A stretch of DNA of 64,000 nt from IMG/VR virus record IMGVR_UViG_3300045912_000307; one strand, written 5' to 3'. The position numbers and the translations under genes were made by a program. Below the pieces are notes generated by a model. It had not been told where the DNA came from. It made no database searches and saw only the letters and a list, made by a program, of their open reading frames with translations. Numbering within the stretch: the stretch's first letter is position 1; every line of letters starts with the position of its first letter. Of the stretch, positions 57,504-64,000 are shown piece after piece. Source of the DNA: an uncultured virus (IMG/VR IMGVR_UViG_3300045912_000307) (lineage: Duplodnaviria > Heunggongvirae > Uroviricota > Caudoviricetes).

Positions 57504-60500
57504 ATGAATGAAGATATACTCAATAAGATAGCTGAAGACCAGAAAGAATATGATCAGTTTCTTAAGAGTCAACAAGAGAAATTACAAGGTTCTATTCCTC
57601 CTCCATCTTCTACAGGAGAAATAGGTAATGTAGGTAGTAATGCTCCTTTTATACCTAAAGTACCTAAAGAAGTAACGTATCAACAATCTGTTAATAATTA
57701 CTTCAATAGCACTTCTATTGAAGATCAAATGAAAGAACTTGAAGATGTTCTAGCTAAGAAAAAAGAGTTAGAACAATTACAAGAAATGTATAAAGAAGAT
57801 AAATGGGGTGTTGATTGGAAAAAAAGATATGAAGATGAAGGATCTGGTCCTTCATCAGCTAGTACTATATTTGATTCTGATTATGCTGAATACGATAGAT
57901 TACGTGTTACTGATAGAAGAGATCCTGAATATTTACAAGAACAATTAGCAGCTAATCAAAGTACTAGTGAGCAATTAGGAAGAGGTCTTAATAAGTTGTT
58001 TTGGAATACATTGTATCAAACTGTAGGTGGTATAGGTGCAATGTTTGATTTTGAAGACCATTTTAATCAAGATGATGAAGTAGGTAACTGGTTAACTGAT
58101 TGGGCAAATAAGCAACAACAAGCTGTTGATGATGCTAACAAAATATATAAATCAAACAATAGATCATGGTCTTCATTAGCATGGTGGATAGATAATGGTG
58201 TTAATCTAGCATCTAGTATGTTATCATTTGCAGCGCAAGGTGCTGCTTTAGGTTATGCTCTATCACCTCTTAAGTTTGTACAGTTTTTAAGTAAAGGTAA
58301 AAAGTTAGCTGAGACAGCTGCTGCAGCTGAAAAAAGTGGTAAGCTTTTAAAAGCTGCTCAAAAATTTGAAGATGGTGCTAAAACTTTTATTACATCTGCT
58401 ATGCTAAATCAAGCAGAATCTATTATGAGTGCTACTGATGTTTACAGTAGAACTTATAAAGAAGCTATTGATAGAGGTTATTCTGATGAATATGCTAGAA
58501 AAGTTGCTGCAGCATCTGCTACACAAACTATTGCTGTTAATAAAGCTAACATTATGCTTAATTTAACCTCAGCTAATATGTTTACTAGAGGTTTTAAATC
58601 AGTAGCAGATGCTTATAAACAAAGCTTATGGAAACAAAGTTTAAAAGAAGCTATACAAGAATCTGCTGAAGAGCTTATTAATATGAAAGCTGAAAAAGCA
58701 GGTGAAGAAATTGCAAAAACTTACATGGATAACTCTTTCTTTAGTGGTCCTGATAAAATTCAAATTGGTGATTTAAAAATAACTCCTGAAACAGCAAGAT
58801 ATAATGCACAAGCTGAAGCTAATAAAACAGATGTAAGATATAAAGCACAAGACCTAGGAATATTTACTCCTATGGTTCAGTCTATGTATAATAGTAAAAC
58901 AGGAAATTTTAATCCGTTTTATAATATAGAAGCTGGTGAAGCATTAGAAACAGTATTTTGGGGTGCTTTAGGTGGAGCAGGACAAACTGCTATTGTTAAA
59001 GGCGGATTAGATAAGCTTGGATCATCTGAAGGATTTCTTTCTAAAATACCAGGTGTAGGTGCTTTAAATGAAAAACTATTTGGTAGTGAAATACATAAAG
59101 TAGCTGAAGAAGATGTTTACGATCCTTACAGTGGTACTTTGTTATTTAGAAAAGGAGAACCTATGTATGAAACTCAAAATGCTACATACAAAGAAAATCA
59201 AGCTTATCAAGAAGGAGATATTATCACTGAAGATATAAAAGATAAAGATGGTAATGTAATTCTTAAGGTAGAAAAAGATGATCAAGGTAAGCCTATTCCT
59301 ACTTCTATAACAGAGGAACAAGCTGCTAATCTTGCTAAAGCTAATGTTTATAAACATAAAGCTGGTGATGTTATTACAAGAGAAGTTTACGATGAAAATG
59401 GTGTACTTAAAGAAGTTATTACAGCTAAAGAATTAAAGTTAGATGAGAAAGGTCAACCTATTCTTGTTAAAGAAGTAGGTAAAGACGGTAAACCACGTAA
59501 GTATAGTAAAAGTGAGATGGAAGAAATTAACTATCAAAGACAGCTAGCTAAAGAATCAGAAATGAAAAGTCAAGCTGTAGCTCAAGCAAAACTTATTGCT
59601 TCAGCAGAACTTAAAAGAGCTGTTGACGATGTTAATACACAACTTGAAGAATTAAGAAGTAGAAACTGGGAAAATAAAGAAGATCAAAAAGATTTCTTAT
59701 TAACTAAGTTATCTAAAAATATAGCAGCTGTAGAATTAGCTACAGAAGGTAATACTAATATTACTACTGAAATGCTTGAAGCTAAAGAAAAAGAAATAAG
59801 AGCTAAGCTTGAAGATCCTAGTTTTGATTTAAATGAGTTAAATGCTATTCAAACTAAATACGCTGCTTTATCTCACTATAATACTACTCTTAATGCAATT
59901 GATAATGGTCAAGAAGAAATGTTATTAAGAATATGGGATGATATTGGTAAAATGACTAAAGAACAAGCAGCTGAAAAAGGTTTACCTGATAATTATGCTG
60001 AAGTAGCAGAACAACAAAAAGCTGAAATAAAAAGAATATCTAACATTTACTACAGTAATAGAATGAAAAAAGGTTATGCTGTAGGTAGAGCTGCTACAAT
60101 GAATAGATTAAGATATGAACAAAATGAAAAAATACTTAGTAAGATTAACGATGATATAGATAAAAGACATGATGAAGCTTTTCAAAGATACTTAAAGTAC
60201 AATAAAGTGCCTAAAGAATTAGAACTAGAGCACAGAGAGAAGTTTAATGAAATGATTCAAAAACGTAGAAAACTTGATGAAGAATTAGAAAATGATCCTG
60301 AACTTAATAAAATAGCTAAAGAAATTGAAGATCTTAAAAAGAAAAGAAATGAATTAGAAGAAAAGATTAAACAGGAAGCAGAGAATAGAAAAAAGAAAGA
60401 AGATGTAGCACTTAAAGAAAAACAAATTCAAGAAGCTAAAGCTAAATTGCTAGATGATCTTAAAAAAGCTTTAGCTGCAGAATTAGCTAGACCACCCGAA

Positions 60501-63500
60501 GAACAAGATAAAGAAAAGATTAATAATTTAAAAAATGATATTAAAATTGCTGAAGAAGCAGGTCGTCCTGCTAGTGCAGCTAGAGCTGAAAAATTAAAAG
60601 AATTAAAAGATAAATTGCAACAAGAAAAAGCTAAACCTGAAGAACAACAAGATAAAGATCTTATCAATGATTTAAATGAAAGTATTGATATACTAGAAGC
60701 TTTAGAAAAAGAAGAACAAATTGAAAAAAGAACTATTAAAACTATTAAAGAAAGATCTAAAAAAATTAAAGAAGAATTAGATGAGATACAAGAACAAATT
60801 AAAGTATTAGAAGCAGAAAGTGAAGCTACTAGATCTGAAGAAGATAATAATAAATTAAAAGAACTTAAGACTAAAGAAAAAGCTTTAAAAAGAACTAAAA
60901 GAATATTAGATAATTTATCTAAGATATATGTTGAAGCTAGTCAAGAAAACGTTGATATTAATAATCTAGCTAAAGAACTAGCTAAAGTTAACCAACAAAT
61001 TCAAGCTAAAAATGCAGAAAAATTTAATAAAGAAACTAGTATTAAAAATGCAGCTGATAGACAGTTAAAAGCTTTAGGTTTACCTCCTCATATGCACAAA
61101 TTTGCTCAAGATGTAGATAAAGCTTTTTATGCTAGAAAGAAAATTATTAAAGAACAAGATTACTTAAATAAAGTATTTCAAAGATTAGATACTGATGGTA
61201 TGAAAGTAGAACAAGAAAGACAATATCGTCAGTATCAAAATAGAATGAGAAGTGTAGCTTATGTACAACAATTAAATACTTTAAGAAGATTTCAAGCAGC
61301 TGGTGGAGGTATTGCTTATTATCCTCCTATTACTTTTCAACAAGAAACAGGTAGAATGAATGAAGATGGTACTCCTGAAACTAAAACAGTTAAAGGTACT
61401 CTTCAAACTCCTATTATTATGAAAATTGTAACTAAAGATGGTAAGTTGTATATGCAACCTACTAATCTTAATACAATGACAATGACTACTCAACAAGCTG
61501 CTATATATGAAAAAGTAGTAATACCAGGTAGAGAACAAGAATTTTATGCTACACTAGAAGCTCTTAATGCTTTAAAGAAAGAGTTTAAAGATTATCAGAA
61601 AAGCATTGAAGAAAGTACTCAAGATGAAAAAGAACGTAAAAGAGTTTTCTTTTCTGATGAACTAGTTAAATCTTATCAAGAAAATATTAAAGAATTACAA
61701 GAAAGACTTAATTCTCTTAAGTTATTTAGAGTATCTACAGCAAAAGAAGTTGAAGGTAGTAATTTTGAAGGTATAGCTATTGTAACTCCTTCTAGTACTA
61801 GAGTATCTCAATTACTTGTTACTGATGGAATGACTTTTCGTAAGAAAGTTAAAAGTGAAGATGGTAAATACACTGAACAAGATGTACCTGTTGAAGGTAA
61901 TGGTATTAAAGCCGGTACTACAATTACTTATACTTATACTAATATTAATAATGAAACAGTAACTAAAGAGTATAAGTTAAGAAGAGGTAAAAGAGCTGGT
62001 GATAAAGAGATCATGGTAGAAAGTGAAGAATCTAGTATACTAATACCTGTTAGTTATAATGTAGTAATGAGTTCTTCACCTGTTAATTCTAAAGAAAAGA
62101 AAAAATTACTCAGAGAACAAGAAGCAATAGAAGCTATGACTATGCGTCAAGCTAGAATATTGCAAACTCAATATGCTTTAAATCAAAGATTAATAGAGAT
62201 TGATAAAGAGCAAAGAGATAAAATAGAAGAAGATCAAAGAATTAGTGAATCTATTGAAGCTCTTTTAAAGATTTATAATGATTATATAATTAACTATGAC
62301 TTTACAGCTTCAGATGAAGAACTACAAAAATTAGATGAAGAACTAAAGAAAACTTATATAGCTATTAAACAAGCTTTTATAAAGTATGGTGATGCTACTT
62401 TAAAGTCTTCTTTTGATACTTATATTAAAGAGTTAGACGCTCTTACTGCTGATATTAAAGAAATGAATGCTTTAATTAGAGCAGGAGCATCTCACATAAG
62501 AACTATAAATGGTACTATTAAAAGTATTGAAGATAGACAAGCTAAAATTAAAGAAGAAAAGATAAAGCTTGAAGAATTACAACTAGAAGCTGAAATTCAA
62601 TTAGAAGAGTACGAAAAGAATTTACAAAAGAATTCAAAACTAATAGAGCAATTAACTAAAGACAGAGCAAATTTAGAAGCAAGAATTGCAGAAATAGAGC
62701 AATCAGCTAAAGGAGCTAAATCACAAAAAGCAAAAGCAACTATTAGTGCTTTTAAAAAGCAAATAGACGCTATTGATGAACAATTAAATGAACTATACAC
62801 TAAAAATGTTATTGAAGGTTTTGAAGCATCTGAACAAGTAAAACAATATGAAAAAGCTGTTGTTGAATTAGAGATAGAGTATTCTAAACTAGAAAGTGAA
62901 AAAGAAAAAGCTAAAATTACTTTAGGTGAATTAAAAGAGTCTATTAAAAAGAATCAAAAGAAAAAAGCAGAAATTGCTAAAGAAAGAGCTGAAAAATCTA
63001 AAGAATTAGATGCTTTAAAAGAAATAGGTACTACTTCTAACTATTTAGCTGTGCAAGAAAGTTTTAATAAAAACTTTTTAGCTTATGAAAAACAAATTGA
63101 AAATGCTAACAACACTGTAAGAGAATTACAGTTAAGTATTACTAGAGCTGAGCAAATATTAACAGTAGTTGATTTAGATAGAGCTTATCAAAACTTTTAT
63201 GTTAAAGGTATTGAAGCTATTAATGCTCGTGTTAAAAAAGCTATAGAAAACGGAGATACTACAGTTGATGGTATTGATATTTCTGAAATAAAAATGATCA
63301 ATGCCATGACAAAAAGTATGATAGAAAGACTTAACAAGAAAAAAGAAGAAATAATTAAAATGGAAGGATTAGCTGCTACTAAACAAAAAGAATTACATAG
63401 AACTAATAAAAAAGATCCTAAATATCCTAAATTAAAACAAGAATTATCTGATCTAAGAGCTGAGATTAAAGCTGCTCGTGCTGAAGCAAAAAATATAAAA

Positions 63501-64000
63501 AATTTAATAGAAGAGAATAGACAAGAAATAGATAAGAAAATAAAAGAAAAAATTACTCTTAATAAAGAAGATTTCTTTAAAGAAATTATGAAAACATCTG
63601 GAGTAACTCAAAACATGATTAATCTTTATAATGAAGGAAAATTAGATGAGTTAAAGAAAGCTATGTTTCCAAAAATAGTAGAGGAATTTGTAACTGAAGA
63701 TGGAGATGTTGAAGTAGTAGCTGAATCAGATGAAGAATATAATGAAAGATTAAGTACTATCAATATACATGAACATGAAAACTTTGGAAAACTAAGCGTA
63801 TTTGCTATGTTACAACAAGAAGATATCCCTGATACTGTAGTTACAGAAGGTATTAGTGATATGAAAGCTTTTGTCAATGATCTTGTTGATAAAGTTAAAA
63901 ACAGAATTAATCAAAAAATAGATCTTGAAAATAAACTTAAAGAAGAATTAGAAACTAAAAAAGAAGAATGGATAAAAGCTAATCCTGCTTTCTTATTTAT
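57504..64000 (+). CDS. giant putative virion protein, partial (about 2165 codons, runs off the window)
   Basis: AAAC-ATG at 57504; same frame reads as coding at the window end (EEWIKANPAFLF); absent from the ORF track, consistent with no stop; Ala/Gly-rich helices then extensive coiled coil. Confidence 0.85.
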   Translation, partial: MNEDILNKIAEDQKEYDQFLKSQQEKLQGSIPPPSSTGEIGNVGSNAPFIPKVPKEVTYQQSVNNYFNSTSIEDQMKELEDVLAKKKELEQLQEMYKEDKWGVDWKKRYEDEGSGPSSASTIFDSDYAEYDRLRVTDRRDPEYLQEQLAANQSTSEQLGRGLNKLFWNTLYQTVGGIGAMFDFEDHFNQDDEVGNWLTDWANKQQQAVDDANKIYKSNNRSWSSLAWWIDNGVNLASSMLSFAAQGAALGYALSPLKFVQFLSKGKKLAETAAAAEKSGKLLKAAQKFEDGAKTFITSAMLNQAESIMSATDVYSRTYKEAIDRGYSDEYARKVAAASATQTIAVNKANIMLNLTSANMFTRGFKSVADAYKQSLWKQSLKEAIQESAEELINMKAEKAGEEIAKTYMDNSFFSGPDKIQIGDLKITPETARYNAQAEANKTDVRYKAQDLGIFTPMVQSMYNSKTGNFNPFYNIEAGEALETVFWGALGGAGQTAIVKGGLDKLGSSEGFLSKIPGVGALNEKLFGSEIHKVAEEDVYDPYSGTLLFRKGEPMYETQNATYKENQAYQEGDIITEDIKDKDGNVILKVEKDDQGKPIPTSITEEQAANLAKANVYKHKAGDVITREVYDENGVLKEVITAKELKLDEKGQPILVKEVGKDGKPRKYSKSEMEEINYQRQLAKESEMKSQAVAQAKLIASAELKRAVDDVNTQLEELRSRNWENKEDQKDFLLTKLSKNIAAVELATEGNTNITTEMLEAKEKEIRAKLEDPSFDLNELNAIQTKYAALSHYNTTLNAIDNGQEEMLLRIWDDIGKMTKEQAAEKGLPDNYAEVAEQQKAEIKRISNIYYSNRMKKGYAVGRAATMNRLRYEQNEKILSKINDDIDKRHDEAFQRYLKYNKVPKELELEHREKFNEMIQKRRKLDEELENDPELNKIAKEIEDLKKKRNELEEKIKQEAENRKKKEDVALKEKQIQEAKAKLLDDLKKALAAELARPPEEQDKEKINNLKNDIKIAEEAGRPASAARAEKLKELKDKLQQEKAKPEEQQDKDLINDLNESIDILEALEKEEQIEKRTIKTIKERSKKIKEELDEIQEQIKVLEAESEATRSEEDNNKLKELKTKEKALKRTKRILDNLSKIYVEASQENVDINNLAKELAKVNQQIQAKNAEKFNKETSIKNAADRQLKALGLPPHMHKFAQDVDKAFYARKKIIKEQDYLNKVFQRLDTDGMKVEQERQYRQYQNRMRSVAYVQQLNTLRRFQAAGGGIAYYPPITFQQETGRMNEDGTPETKTVKGTLQTPIIMKIVTKDGKLYMQPTNLNTMTMTTQQAAIYEKVVIPGREQEFYATLEALNALKKEFKDYQKSIEESTQDEKERKRVFFSDELVKSYQENIKELQERLNSLKLFRVSTAKEVEGSNFEGIAIVTPSSTRVSQLLVTDGMTFRKKVKSEDGKYTEQDVPVEGNGIKAGTTITYTYTNINNETVTKEYKLRRGKRAGDKEIMVESEESSILIPVSYNVVMSSSPVNSKEKKKLLREQEAIEAMTMRQARILQTQYALNQRLIEIDKEQRDKIEEDQRISESIEALLKIYNDYIINYDFTASDEELQKLDEELKKTYIAIKQAFIKYGDATLKSSFDTYIKELDALTADIKEMNALIRAGASHIRTINGTIKSIEDRQAKIKEEKIKLEELQLEAEIQLEEYEKNLQKNSKLIEQLTKDRANLEARIAEIEQSAKGAKSQKAKATISAFKKQIDAIDEQLNELYTKNVIEGFEASEQVKQYEKAVVELEIEYSKLESEKEKAKITLGELKESIKKNQKKKAEIAKERAEKSKELDALKEIGTTSNYLAVQESFNKNFLAYEKQIENANNTVRELQLSITRAEQILTVVDLDRAYQNFYVKGIEAINARVKKAIENGDTTVDGIDISEIKMINAMTKSMIERLNKKKEEIIKMEGLAATKQKELHRTNKKDPKYPKLKQELSDLRAEIKAARAEAKNIKNLIEENRQEIDKKIKEKITLNKEDFFKEIMKTSGVTQNMINLYNEGKLDELKKAMFPKIVEEFVTEDGDVEVVAESDEEYNERLSTINIHEHENFGKLSVFAMLQQEDIPDTVVTEGISDMKAFVNDLVDKVKNRINQKIDLENKLKEELETKKEEWIKANPAFLF

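Noticed and set aside
17..63877. Minus-strand ORFs in the track other than 6775-7293, and the nested + ORF 38039-38248
   Set aside because: They are shadows of longer + strand genes, with no motifs.
1..64000. Stop-codon reassignment (TAG or TGA), known in some crAss-like phages
   Set aside because: Core genes are intact in code 11, several genes end properly at TAG (for example SSB DDFPF-TAG) or TGA, and no suppressor tRNA is seen.

Overview
This is an AT-rich segment of a tailed dsDNA phage, coded almost entirely on the + strand. Gene content and order fit a crAss-like (Crassvirales-type) phage, probably of a Bacteroidota host, since starts are A-rich (AACT/AACC-ATG) and lack Shine-Dalgarno sites. 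That assignment is an inference from gene content, not a database result. 0.1-19.6 kb is an accessory region of small, secreted, lipoprotein and membrane proteins, a Csx20-like ring-nuclease candidate, three tRNAs and several strongly structured intergenic elements. The tRNAs are Ile2/Met-CAT, Arg-TCT and Leu-TAA; the last is split by a group I intron carrying an antisense HNH gene. 19.7-53.2 kb holds a VWA-metallopeptidase/MoxR pair, a J-domain protein, DEDDh exonuclease, PolB, DnaB, RecT-like protein, SSB, primase, endolysin, BCS1-like AAA ATPase, NrdB, intein-containing NrdA, ThyX-like protein, a degenerate UDG, ligase, nucleases, DUF5664 and dUTPase. 53.3-64 kb holds large proteins, probably virion-ejected. 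One appears to gain a muramidase domain through a pseudoknot-associated -1 frameshift, and a giant ORF of about 2165 codons, missing from the ORF track, runs off the end. The most notable candidates are a ~290-nt GNRA/pseudoknot RNA near the ring-nuclease-like gene, a coiled-coil gene with a 3' structured RNA carrying GTTATN repeats, a twice-repeated hairpin element, the frameshift, and the intron-split tRNA. All family calls come from reading motifs by eye.
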